From assembly GCA_963748675.1 (NCBI GenBank), contig CAVVJX010000009.1:456713-520712 (forward strand): DNA of 64,000 bases, written 5' to 3'. The notes under the pieces were generated by a model, which worked only from the letters and a program-made list of their open reading frames with translations, had not been told where the DNA came from and searched no databases. The first letter of the stretch is position 1. The number at the start of each line of letters is the position of its first letter. Shown one piece after another: positions 29,026 to 37,736 of the stretch. A program made the position numbers and the translations under genes. Source of the DNA: an uncultured Chloroflexia bacterium. Its GTDB lineage: Bacteria > Chloroflexota > Limnocylindria > Limnocylindrales > CSP1-4.

Positions 29026-30009
29026 ATGGGCAACTCGCTGGCCACCTTCGCCAGTCGACCCGGTCGCCGCGCCGCGGCGACCCTCGCCGTCCTACTCCTC
29101 CTCTCCGCCTGCGGGGCCGACGCCGGCGCCGCCGAGCAGCCGGCCGAAGGATTACTGGTCCTGACGGGCGGCGATGCCGCGGAGCTCGCCGTGCTGGCGG
29201 CCAAGCGGGATTCCGAGGAGCCCGTGGCGATCGGGCTTCCATTGCCCGACGATGACGCGACCTGGATCTCGGCGGGCAAGGGCGGGTCGCTGGTCGGCAG
29301 CACGCCCGATGGCTCGCTCGTGACGAGCGACCCGGTCGACCCCGGCGGGGCGGCGGCGGACCTCGCCGGGCTGACGTGGCGACCCGTCGAGGCCGCGGAC
29401 GCGGCCGGCGGATCGCTGGCGGCGCCGGCATCGTTCCCGACCTGGGATCCGGGTGGCCGCCGGTTCGCAGCCCTCGGCGGCGATCTGCTCGGTGGCGGCG
29501 ACATGCAGCTGCTGCTGGTCGAACCGGGCGAAGGCAAGGCGACGTCCATCGCTTTGAAGCGGGCGCTCCTGGCCGCACCCCCGGCCTGGCTCGATGGCCA
29601 GCGCGTGGCCCTGGTCACGGGCAGCACGGACAAACCGGCGACCGTCGTCGTCGACACGGCGAACGGGAAGATCGCGCGCGGACCGTCCGGCGAACGGCGC
29701 CTCGCGACGTCCGGCGACGGGAGCGTCATCGCGACCTCGGCCGGGCCAGGATCGCCGATCCTGCTGCGCTCGTCACGCGGTTGGCTGGCCGACGACGGGA
29801 CCTCGACCGGCTCCGTGGAGGTCCCGGACGGCTTCGTCGATGCGATCTCGCTGGCCCTCGACCAGGGCGGGCGTCGTCTCGCGATCGTGTGGCTCGGTGA
29901 GGACGGTGTGCCGAGGTACGACGTCCACGACGGCAAGGACGGCTGGCGGCGGGTCTGGAGTCAGCCGCTCCCGGGGACGTCGGCCGCCGTGGTCACCTGG
30001 CTTCGATAG
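29026..30009 (+). CDS. lipoprotein, unknown function (possibly beta-propeller-like)
   Basis: ATG 29026, lipobox LLLLSACG. 327 aa with repeated G/D-rich strand-turn segments (STPDGSLVTSDP, ATSGDGSVIATS). Confidence 0.6.
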   Translation: MGNSLATFASRPGRRAAATLAVLLLLSACGADAGAAEQPAEGLLVLTGGDAAELAVLAAKRDSEEPVAIGLPLPDDDATWISAGKGGSLVGSTPDGSLVTSDPVDPGGAAADLAGLTWRPVEAADAAGGSLAAPASFPTWDPGGRRFAALGGDLLGGGDMQLLLVEPGEGKATSIALKRALLAAPPAWLDGQRVALVTGSTDKPATVVVDTANGKIARGPSGERRLATSGDGSVIATSAGPGSPILLRSSRGWLADDGTSTGSVEVPDGFVDAISLALDQGGRRLAIVWLGEDGVPRYDVHDGKDGWRRVWSQPLPGTSAAVVTWLR

Positions 30010-30014
30010 CGCGC

Positions 30015-30031
30015 GGGACGCCGAGCGTCCC
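30015..30031. terminator. GC hairpin between convergent genes
   Basis: GGGACG-CCGAG-CGTCCC lies between stop 30009 (+) and stop 30037 (-). Confidence 0.35.
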
Positions 30032-30036
30032 TGATC

Positions 30037-30315
30037 TCAGGCGGTCGGGACGGGCTCCCCGGCCGAGAAGATCGAGACCTGCGCCTCCTCGGGCAGCATC
30101 ACGCCCATGACCTTCTGCAGGGTGAGGAGATGGACGCACGACCCCCAACTCTCGAAGTAGTGGCAGGTGCAACGCCACTGGCCGGCATCGAGGGCGACAT
30201 GGTGCGTGTCGTTGTCGCCGCGGAAGGTGAGCGACAGGCGGTCGACCGTGATCCGATCGAGTTCTCGCGCGTATCGATTCGCCTTCTCGACCTTGCCGAT
30301 CAGTGAGCTGTGCAT
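30037..30315 (-). CDS. small stand-alone SWIM zinc-finger protein
   Basis: 92 aa from ATG 30315, with GGAGG 9 nt upstream. CxC-x9-CxH pattern: WRCTCHYFESWGSCVHLL. Confidence 0.65.
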   Translation of the reverse strand: MHSSLIGKVEKANRYARELDRITVDRLSLTFRGDNDTHHVALDAGQWRCTCHYFESWGSCVHLLTLQKVMGVMLPEEAQVSIFSAGEPVPTA

Positions 30316-30457
30316 CGGTCCAAACCTCCGTCGCCCCTGGGGGCGCTGACGAGGCCGCCGTCCGGTCTGCACCTTCGACCGGTGGTGGCGGTCGCGTGCC
30401 GTCAGCCTACACCCCACGACCCCGGCGGTCACCCCCGGAAATCATCCTATCGGGGCT

Positions 30458-30835
30458 CTACGGGGCGCTAGTACCCTGTCGCCCGAAATCGTCCTCGAGA
30501 CGGACGACATCGTCGAGCTCCGGGGTCGACACCTCGATGAGCTCGCAGCGCTCGATGGCCTCGTACCGGTGGACCCGACCGGTCGGAACCCGCCGGTGGT
30601 CGCCGGGCCCCAGCTCCAATTCGCGGACGACGCCATCGTCGTCCTCGAGGAAGAGCCGCAGCCGACCGGAGTGGACGAGGATCGTCTCGTCCTTGATCTC
30701 GTGCCGCTGCAGGGACAACCGCCTGCCGGTCTCGATGACGAGGACCTTGCCGACATAACGATCGGTGTGAGCCCAGATGAGCTCGTGGCCCCACGGCTTG
30801 TCGACCCGCCGCGCGGCCTCGCCGTCCGTCGTCAC
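30458..30835 (-). CDS. cupin-domain protein resembling the C-terminal (mannose-6-phosphate isomerase type II) part of bifunctional ManC
   Basis: KPWGHELIWAHTDRYVGKVLVIETGRRLSLQRHEIKDETILV...RVHRYEA. The GTG start overlaps the phosphomannomutase stop (GTGA). Confidence 0.7.
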   Translation of the reverse strand: MTTDGEAARRVDKPWGHELIWAHTDRYVGKVLVIETGRRLSLQRHEIKDETILVHSGRLRLFLEDDDGVVRELELGPGDHRRVPTGRVHRYEAIERCELIEVSTPELDDVVRLEDDFGRQGTSAP

Positions 30836-32313
30836 GAGCCGCGCACCAGGGCCTCGCCCGCGACGAGCAGCGCATCGCGCAAGTCCGGCGAGGTCGCCTC
30901 CGTGTACACGCGGACCAGCGGCTCCGTGCCCGACGCGCGGATCAGCAGCCAGGAGCCGTCGGCCAGGAAGAACTTGTACCCGTCGCCAGTGTCCAGTGCG
31001 ACCGTGTGGTCGACCGGTTGGCCGGCCAGCTCCGTCGGCGAGTCCGCCGCGAGGTCGACGAGGAGTCGTCGCTTGACCTCGGGGTAGTCAGCGCGATCCA
31101 CGTGGACATCGATGCGCAGATAGAACGACGGGCCGGCGACCTCGTGAAAGTGCTGCATGGCCACCGACACCGGCCAGCGGCCGGCCGCTCGCTCCCGCAT
31201 GAACAGGTCGAGCAGCAGCAGGTCCGCGTAGATCCCGTCCCGCTCGGGCAGGTGCATCCCGAAGCCGAAGCCACCGGACTCCTCGGCGCCCATCATCGCG
31301 CCGGTCTCGATCATCCTCGGACCGATGAACTTGAATCCAACCGGCGTCTCGTGGGTCTCGATCCCGTACCGCTCGCCAAGGCGGGCGGCCATGGACGTGT
31401 TGTTCACGCTGACGACGACCGGGTCGCGCCAGCCACGATGCTCGGCGAGGTAGTACATCAGGAGCCCCGTGACCTCGAGCTGGTGGATGAACGTCCCCCG
31501 CTCGTCCGCGGCCCCGGCGCGGTCCGCGTCGCCGTCGAGGAGGAGTCCCAGGTCGTACGTGCCAGCGGCGAGGAGGCCGAGCGCCTCATCGATGTTCGGA
31601 CGGATCGGCTCGGGATTGACACCACCGAAATATGGGTTGCGCTCCTGGTGGATCTCATGGACCCGGATGCGCCCGCCCGCGAGCAGGCGACTCAGCCAGC
31701 CGGACCCGGCCCCCCACAGCGGGTCGACGAGGACGTTGAGGTCCGCCGCCCGGAGCGCATCCAGATCCACCGTCCTCCCAACGAACGCCTCGTAGCCATC
31801 GAACGGATCGAAGCGCTCGACGAGCCCGGCTGCCTCTGCGTCGGCGAGGGACCGGCGCTCCAGCCGCTCGACGCCGTTGACGGCTAGCCGGGCCTCGACC
31901 GCCGCCAGGATCTCCGGACCGGCGGCGGCACCGGTGGGTGCCTTGATCTTGAATCCGTTGTCCACCCACGGGTTGTGACTGGCCGTGATCACGATCCCCG
32001 CCGCGGCACCGCGCTGGACGACCTCGTATGAGCTCATCTGGGTCGGCACGGCGTGGACCGCGAGGAACACCGGGATACCCCGCGCCAGCAGGATCTCGGC
32101 CGCGGCCTCCGCGAAGTGCTCCGATGCGAAGCGTCGGTCGAACGCGACGACCACGCCCTGCGCCGTCGCGCCCCGGTCGATGACGTACTGCGCGACGCCG
32201 TCGGCGCAGCGGCGCACGTTGTCGAACGTGAACTCGTCCGCGACGCGCGCCCGCCAGCCATCCGTGCCGAAGACGATGGAAGTCGGCGCCGCCCCTCCGG
32301 CCGTCGTGGTCAA
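30832..32313 (-). CDS. phosphomannomutase/phosphoglucomutase (alpha-D-phosphohexomutase)
   Basis: Active-site loop TASHNPWVDNGFK, Mg site LLLDGDADR, sugar loop GAEESGG. 493 aa. Confidence 0.9.
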   Translation of the reverse strand: MTTTAGGAAPTSIVFGTDGWRARVADEFTFDNVRRCADGVAQYVIDRGATAQGVVVAFDRRFASEHFAEAAAEILLARGIPVFLAVHAVPTQMSSYEVVQRGAAAGIVITASHNPWVDNGFKIKAPTGAAAGPEILAAVEARLAVNGVERLERRSLADAEAAGLVERFDPFDGYEAFVGRTVDLDALRAADLNVLVDPLWGAGSGWLSRLLAGGRIRVHEIHQERNPYFGGVNPEPIRPNIDEALGLLAAGTYDLGLLLDGDADRAGAADERGTFIHQLEVTGLLMYYLAEHRGWRDPVVVSVNNTSMAARLGERYGIETHETPVGFKFIGPRMIETGAMMGAEESGGFGFGMHLPERDGIYADLLLLDLFMRERAAGRWPVSVAMQHFHEVAGPSFYLRIDVHVDRADYPEVKRRLLVDLAADSPTELAGQPVDHTVALDTGDGYKFFLADGSWLLIRASGTEPLVRVYTEATSPDLRDALLVAGEALVRGS

Positions 32314-33393
32314 TCAGCCTCCCGCCTGCGAGCAGCGGTCGATGAGCTCGCGGATGCGCTCGATGTCCGGCCCCGATCCGCGGAGGACCGCGATCGGCTG
32401 CGTGGCCGTCATGCTACCGCGCTCGGGAGGGGCGATGACCCCGAGCCGCCCGTCGACACGCCGGACGACGAGATCGTCGTCACCGACCTCGACCGTCTCG
32501 CCGGCCTGGACCACGGCTCCTTCGCCGCGCGCACCGAGCGCGCCCAGCAACGCCGACCACGATCCCAGATCCGACCAGCCGACATCCATCGACGCCATCG
32601 CGACCTCGCCGTTGCGCGCCGCACTCTCCATCACGGCATGGTCGATCGAGAGCGGCGTGCGGATCGCCTCATAGGCGTGGGCCAGCTGGTCGGCGGAGCC
32701 GAACATCGGCTCGATCGACTGGATGAGGCCCGTGTACCGCATGAGCGCGGTGCGGATCGCCCGCCGCCGCCACAGGAACATGCCCGCGTTCCAGGCGGCG
32801 CCTTCGGTTCGTTTGAACAGGTCCTCGGCGCGATCGGGCTTGGGCTTCTCCTCGAACGCCTTGAGTGGATACGCGCGGATCGGGCGGGCGGGATCGCCGA
32901 TGTCCTCTCCCCGCGCGAGGTCCGGCAGCAGATAGCCGTACTCGGTGGCCGGGCGGTTGACCTGCGTTCCGAGGGTCACGAGGGGCGCGTCGATCTCGAA
33001 GCGCCCCGTCGCGAGATCCTTGGCGGCGGTATCCAGGACGCCCGCGAAGATGTCCTCGCGCTCGGGATCGATGTGCGCATCGGCCGGGACCACGAGCATG
33101 ACGTCGTCGGGTGGGCGATCCAGGGCGATCGTCGCGAGCGCGATGGCGGCCGCGGTGTTGCGACCCATCGGCTCGAGCAGCAGCGCGGCGTCGGGGAGCT
33201 GGTCGCGAACCAACCGCTCGTAGCGACTCTCGGTGACGATCGTGATGTCGTCGGTCAGCCGGCGCAGCCGCCGCTCCGTGGCCTGGAGCAGGGACTCGTC
33301 GCTGAGCAGCGGGAGGAAGGGCTTCGGGCGCTCGGGTCGACTCAGGGGATGGAGTCGGGTCCCACCGCCGCCGGCCATGATGACGGCGTACAT
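32314..33393 (-). CDS. manC: mannose-1-phosphate guanylyltransferase (nucleotidyltransferase domain only)
   Basis: MYAVIMAGGGGTRLHPLSRPERPKPFLPLL; 359 aa; lacks the C-terminal cupin. The stop abuts the start of the next gene. Confidence 0.85.
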   Translation of the reverse strand: MYAVIMAGGGGTRLHPLSRPERPKPFLPLLSDESLLQATERRLRRLTDDITIVTESRYERLVRDQLPDAALLLEPMGRNTAAAIALATIALDRPPDDVMLVVPADAHIDPEREDIFAGVLDTAAKDLATGRFEIDAPLVTLGTQVNRPATEYGYLLPDLARGEDIGDPARPIRAYPLKAFEEKPKPDRAEDLFKRTEGAAWNAGMFLWRRRAIRTALMRYTGLIQSIEPMFGSADQLAHAYEAIRTPLSIDHAVMESAARNGEVAMASMDVGWSDLGSWSALLGALGARGEGAVVQAGETVEVGDDDLVVRRVDGRLGVIAPPERGSMTATQPIAVLRGSGPDIERIRELIDRCSQAGG

Positions 33394-33436
33394 GTGGCGG
33401 TCATCGTAGCGCCGCGGGAGGGTCGCGGACCGGGCC

Positions 33437-34378
33437 TCACTGGGCGATGACGACCCACTTGCCTTCCCACACGACCTTGCGCTGCCACTCGTGGTAGCGA
33501 GTGAAGTACGTCTTGAACTGGGTCGTGGTCAGGTAGCGGTACGGCCATTTGTCGGCGTACGAGCCCAACGGCCCGCTGACGTAGAAGCCCAGGATCGTCT
33601 TCTTCGTCGGCTCGATCGGGTCGTGGCTGGTTCGGTAGCCAAGGACGACCCAGGCGTGGGTCCCGTTCTTGATCGTGACGCCGACCGGGTCCTTGAAGCG
33701 CCTGATCGAGGACACGATGTAGTCGAGGGCCTGCTGCTTGTTGGTGTACGCCCGCGGCGCGTACATCGCCGTACCGCGCGAGAAGTAGCGCAGGCCCCAC
33801 GCCCAGCCCTGCGGATCGTTGCCGCGGGTGCGGTAGTAGTAGCGATTGTGCTCGCGAATCTTCTTGTAATAGAACTGCTGGGTCCGGTAGCTCCGGTTCG
33901 AGGTGCGGCGAACCAGGTTGACCATGGATTGCGTGGCCGCCGGCACGCACCAGTAGTTGGTGTACTGGCGGACCATCGCCGTCGAGCGGTAGAGGTTGAC
34001 CTTGGTGATGACCGGGGTGCGCCGCGGCGTCGGGCCGGGCGTCGGCGTCGGCGCTGGGGTCGGTGTCACCGTCGGGCGCGGAGTCGGCGTCGCGGTGGGG
34101 CGCGGGGTCGGTGTGGCCGTCGGGCGCGGGGTAGGCGTCGCGGTGGGGCGCGGGGTCGGTGTCGCGGTCGGGACGGCCGTCGGCGCCGCGGTCGGGATCG
34201 CGGTGGGGGTCGCGGTCGGCACGGGGGTGGGCTCAGCTGTCGGCGCGGGCGTCGGGTCGCCCGACGGCTCCTCGGCGGCCGCGACGGCCCACGGCACGGA
34301 TCCGAGCATCGACAGCCCAAGACCCGCGGCCAGGAGCCAGCGGCGGACGCGAGGCAGCAGTTCCCGTCGTGCGTTCAT
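33437..34378 (-). CDS. secreted papain-fold (peptidase C39-like) cysteine peptidase with a P/T linker
   Basis: Signal peptide LLAAGLGLSMLGSVPWAVAAA and an ~80-aa PT-rich linker. Candidate catalytic Cys in YTNYWCVPAATQSMVNLV and His in GTHAWVVLGY. The C-terminal domain is Tyr/Lys/Asn-rich with lower GC. Confidence 0.65.
   Translation of the reverse strand: MNARRELLPRVRRWLLAAGLGLSMLGSVPWAVAAAEEPSGDPTPAPTAEPTPVPTATPTAIPTAAPTAVPTATPTPRPTATPTPRPTATPTPRPTATPTPRPTVTPTPAPTPTPGPTPRRTPVITKVNLYRSTAMVRQYTNYWCVPAATQSMVNLVRRTSNRSYRTQQFYYKKIREHNRYYYRTRGNDPQGWAWGLRYFSRGTAMYAPRAYTNKQQALDYIVSSIRRFKDPVGVTIKNGTHAWVVLGYRTSHDPIEPTKKTILGFYVSGPLGSYADKWPYRYLTTTQFKTYFTRYHEWQRKVVWEGKWVVIAQ
34015..34258 (-). repeat. 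P/T-rich linker with four tandem 24-nt units (TPTPRPTA x4)
   Basis: Protein reads [33 protein letters not shown]. The DNA unit is cgcggtggggcgcggggtcggtgt, repeated with few changes. Confidence 0.8.
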
Positions 34379-34475
34379 CGGCCGAGCCTACGCTACGGGG
34401 GAAGCCGCCCGATGCGGGTCGATGGTCCGCGGCGCATCGGCCACGATGGTCCGGCCGGTGCGACGACGCACCGGC

Positions 34476-35099
34476 TCAGAAACTCGGCGGCGTGAGGCAG
34501 AAGAGGACGGTGGCGGGTGCATCGCCATGGTTGGCGTTCCAGTGCGGAAGCCGCGACGGGAACGTGATCGCGTCGCCCTCGCGCAGGACATAGTGCTCGT
34601 CAGCCACCCAGAGGTCGAGGACGCCGCTCAGGACGACGACGACCTCCTCGTCCGAATCATGGGTGTATGGCTCGGGGCCGGTGCCCCCACCGGCTTCGAT
34701 CGTCGACATGATCACCTGGAGGCGTCCCGCCAGGTTCGACGTGAGGAATTCATCCACCGCCCCAAGGCCGGGGTAGGCGATCCGCCGGCGGGCCTCTCGG
34801 CGGACGACGCGCCCCGTCTCCGCATCCTCGGCGAACAGCTGGGCGATCGAGAGCCCGAGCGCGCGGGCGACGCGGTGGACCGTGGCGATCGACGGACTCG
34901 TCACGTCGCGCTCGACCTGCGACAGGAAGCTCTCGGTCACGCCGGCGCGGTCGGCCACCTCGCGCAGGGTCAGGTGACGCGCCTGGCGCAAGGATCGGAT
35001 GCGGGTCCCCAACTGGAGCTCCGTGACCACGGGCGTCCTCCGGGTCGAGCGCGATCGGCTGCGATTTGCCTGAAGTATAGGTTCAGGACCATCGTCCAT
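34476..35099 (-). CDS. XRE-family HTH plus cupin transcriptional regulator (PuuR-like)
   Basis: LGTRIRSLRQARHLTLREVADRAGVTESFLSQVERD (HTH) plus a C-terminal cupin (HDSDEEVVVVLSGVLDLWV...ITFPSRLPHW). Start ATG 35099 chosen; the longer ORF to 35417 is implausible. Confidence 0.8.
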   Translation of the reverse strand: MDDGPEPILQANRSRSRSTRRTPVVTELQLGTRIRSLRQARHLTLREVADRAGVTESFLSQVERDVTSPSIATVHRVARALGLSIAQLFAEDAETGRVVRREARRRIAYPGLGAVDEFLTSNLAGRLQVIMSTIEAGGGTGPEPYTHDSDEEVVVVLSGVLDLWVADEHYVLREGDAITFPSRLPHWNANHGDAPATVLFCLTPPSF

Positions 35100-35147
35100 C
35101 GTCGCGTTTCGTACGAGCGCACCTACGAGATTCGCACGGACGGCGCG

Positions 35148-35176
35148 TTGACGCGCGCTCGGCTCGCCCGTACGAT
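35148..35176 (+). promoter_or_regulatory. candidate sigma-70-type promoter for the pot operon
   Basis: TTGACG (35148-35153), a 17-nt spacer, then TACGAT (35171-35176), ~70 nt upstream of potA. Confidence 0.45.
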
Positions 35177-35185
35177 GCAGCGATC

Positions 35186-35202
35186 CTGTAGCACGGCTAC
35201 AG
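35186..35202. promoter_or_regulatory. perfect 7-3-7 inverted repeat, candidate operator
   Basis: CTGTAGC-ACG-GCTACAG sits immediately downstream of the candidate -10 element, in the regulator/potA divergent region. Confidence 0.35.
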
Positions 35203-35244
35203 CGACGTTGATCAGCGACCGGAACCGATGCGCGAGGACCGCCG

Positions 35245-36441
35245 TTGACCGCCTCCCTGACCTCTGACGCCCCGCACGAGACGAGCGGGATCGTCGGGTC
35301 CGTCGCCCCGATCACTACAGCTGCAGCCGCCCCGGACGTCGAGATCATCGGCGTGACCAAGCGTTTCGGGTCCGTCACGGCTGTCGATGCCATGGACCTC
35401 TCGATCGCGCGCGGCACGTTCTACTCGCTCCTCGGACCGTCGGGCTGTGGCAAGACCACGACCCTGCGGATGATCGCCGGATTCGAGCAGCCGACCGAAG
35501 GCGAGATCCTGCTTTCCGGCCAGCCGATCGCGGGCGTCCCGCCGTACCAGCGCAACGTCAACACGGTCTTCCAGCACTACGCCCTGTTCCCGCACATGAA
35601 CGTCGCCCAGAACGTCGGGTATGGGCTGCGCCAGCGCAAGATCGGCAAGGCCGACGAGGAGCGCCGGGTCACCGAAGCCCTCGGTCTCGTGCGCCTCGCC
35701 GGCTACGCCAAGCGCCGAACGTGGGAGATGTCGGGCGGGCAGCAACAGCGCGTCGCCCTGGCGCGTGCCCTCGTCAACCGGCCCACGGTGCTGCTCCTGG
35801 ACGAACCGCTGGGCGCGCTCGACCTCAAGCTGCGCAAGGAGATGCAGCTCGAGCTCAAGGCCCTCCAGCGCGAGGTCGGGATCACCTTCGTCTACGTGAC
35901 CCACGACCAGGAAGAGGCGCTCACGATGAGCGACGTGATCGTGGTCATGCGCGATGGTTTGATCCAGCAGCAGGGCGACCCGACCGACCTGTACGAACGA
36001 CCGGTCAATCGGTTCGTTGCCGATTTCATCGGGACGTCCAACTTCATCGAGGCGACCGTCGTCGAGCCGCCCGACGAGGAGCGCCGTGTCGTGGTCCGCA
36101 GCGCCAAGGGCCTGACCCTGCGAGGCCGGATCACCGACCCGGGGGCGTCCCTGAGCACTGGGGACACGGTCATCGTTGCCTCCCGACCCGAGCGGATGGA
36201 AGTCGTTCCGTCAGCGGCCGCCGAGGCGCCCGGGGCGAACACCACTCATGTCCCGGGCCGCATCAAGCAGGGGACCTACCTCGGGGACGAGACGGAGTAT
36301 CGCGTGGAGACCGAGCAGGCGGGCGAGCTGATCGTCCGACATCAAAACGCTACGGGCGCGGGTGGCGCGCCAGGCGTCGGTCCGGGCGACCCGGTGGTCG
36401 TCCGGTGGCATGAGGAAGCCAACCTCATCCTCGCAGGCTGA
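35245..36441 (+). CDS. potA: spermidine/putrescine ABC transporter ATP-binding protein
   Basis: GPSGCGKTTTLRMIAGFE, SGGQQQRVALARAL, LLLDEPLGALD, plus a C-terminal TOBE-like domain. The TTG start is uncertain. Confidence 0.9.
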   Translation: MTASLTSDAPHETSGIVGSVAPITTAAAAPDVEIIGVTKRFGSVTAVDAMDLSIARGTFYSLLGPSGCGKTTTLRMIAGFEQPTEGEILLSGQPIAGVPPYQRNVNTVFQHYALFPHMNVAQNVGYGLRQRKIGKADEERRVTEALGLVRLAGYAKRRTWEMSGGQQQRVALARALVNRPTVLLLDEPLGALDLKLRKEMQLELKALQREVGITFVYVTHDQEEALTMSDVIVVMRDGLIQQQGDPTDLYERPVNRFVADFIGTSNFIEATVVEPPDEERRVVVRSAKGLTLRGRITDPGASLSTGDTVIVASRPERMEVVPSAAAEAPGANTTHVPGRIKQGTYLGDETEYRVETEQAGELIVRHQNATGAGGAPGVGPGDPVVVRWHEEANLILAG

Positions 36442-36482
36442 GGAAAGGCGAGCGCCCGGTTGGACCGGGAGGAGGAGTCGAA

Positions 36483-37715
36483 GTGACAGAGCAGGACATC
36501 GAGCGGGCCGTCCGTCGCATGTCGAGGACGCCGCTGAGCCGCCGCGGCTTCCTGTATGCCAGCACCATGTCGGCTGCAGCCGCGTTCCTCGCGGCCTGTA
36601 CCAGCAATACCACGGGTTCCGCCGCGCCACCGGCGTCGGTAGCGGCCAGCAACCCGCCCGCGGGTGGCCCCAGCGCCTCGACGGGCCCCGCACCGGCACC
36701 GTCCTATGCCACCGAAGGCGCCCTGTTCATGTTCAACTGGGCGGACTACATCGCTGACGCCAACATCGAGGAGTTCAAGGCTCGCTACGACATCGGCGAG
36801 TTCACGTACGACATCTACCCGTCGAACGAGGAGCTGCTGACTCGCCTGCAGGGAGGGGCGACCGGCCTGTACGACGTCTGCGCCCCGACCTGCGAGTTCG
36901 TCCCGACGATGGCCGATCAGGACTTCATCGTCCCGCTGGACATGACCCGGATCCCGAACGCGGCCTTCATCAACCCGACCTTCCAGAACTTCTTCGATCC
37001 GGCCGGGCCGCAGGCGAAGTACAACACGTACCAGATCCCCAAGGACTGGGGCACGACCGGCATCTCGCTGCGCTCCAAGGTCGTGACCGAGCCCGTCAAG
37101 ACCTGGAAGGAGTTCTTCGAGGTCGCTCCGAAGTACTCGGGTCGGATCGTCGTCGTGAACTCCGCGGGCGACGTCATGACCGCGCCGCTCAAGGCGCTCG
37201 GCTATTCACTCAACTCGGTCGACCCGACCGAGCTCGGGGAAGCGCGGGAGCTCCTGCGTAAGCTGGCTCCACACGTCCTCGTCCTCGACTCGGACACGTA
37301 CCAGGACAAGCTGCGGACCGAGGAGGCCGTGCTCGGACTGACCTGGACCGGTGGCATCGACGAGCTCAAGGCCGAGCCGGAGACCGCGGACGTCGTCTAC
37401 AACGTTCCCGAGGATGGGACGCTGTACTGGATGGACAGCTGGACCATCCTCAAGGACGCCCCGCATCCAGAGGCCGCATACGCCTGGCTCAACTTCATCC
37501 ATGAGCCAGAGATCCAGGCCGTGGAGACAGAGTCCAACTACTACGCCACCGCCAACGACGAGGCCAAGAAGCTCGTCGATCCGGAGCTCCTGGCCAATCC
37601 GACGGTCTTCGTCCCGGACGCAGCGTTCGCCAACCTTGAAGGCGCGAACGACGTGTCGACCGACCCGCTCCGGGTCGAGATCTGGGAAGAGTTCGTCTCC
37701 AGCGTCGGCGGCTGA
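36483..37715 (+). CDS. potD: polyamine-type extracellular solute-binding protein with a Tat/lipoprotein signal
   Basis: GTG with GGAGGAGG upstream. SRRGFLYASTMSAAAAFLAAC, then a PotD/PotF-like body (FMFNWADYI...). Confidence 0.85.
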   Translation: MTEQDIERAVRRMSRTPLSRRGFLYASTMSAAAAFLAACTSNTTGSAAPPASVAASNPPAGGPSASTGPAPAPSYATEGALFMFNWADYIADANIEEFKARYDIGEFTYDIYPSNEELLTRLQGGATGLYDVCAPTCEFVPTMADQDFIVPLDMTRIPNAAFINPTFQNFFDPAGPQAKYNTYQIPKDWGTTGISLRSKVVTEPVKTWKEFFEVAPKYSGRIVVVNSAGDVMTAPLKALGYSLNSVDPTELGEARELLRKLAPHVLVLDSDTYQDKLRTEEAVLGLTWTGGIDELKAEPETADVVYNVPEDGTLYWMDSWTILKDAPHPEAAYAWLNFIHEPEIQAVETESNYYATANDEAKKLVDPELLANPTVFVPDAAFANLEGANDVSTDPLRVEIWEEFVSSVGG

Positions 37716-37736
37716 GCGCCAACCCGACCGATCCGC

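Noticed and set aside
33437-34378. Genomic island or mobile element around the lower-GC peptidase gene.
   Set aside because: No integrase, transposase, flanking direct repeats or tRNA target were seen. Only the C-terminal domain deviates in composition, so mobility is not supported.
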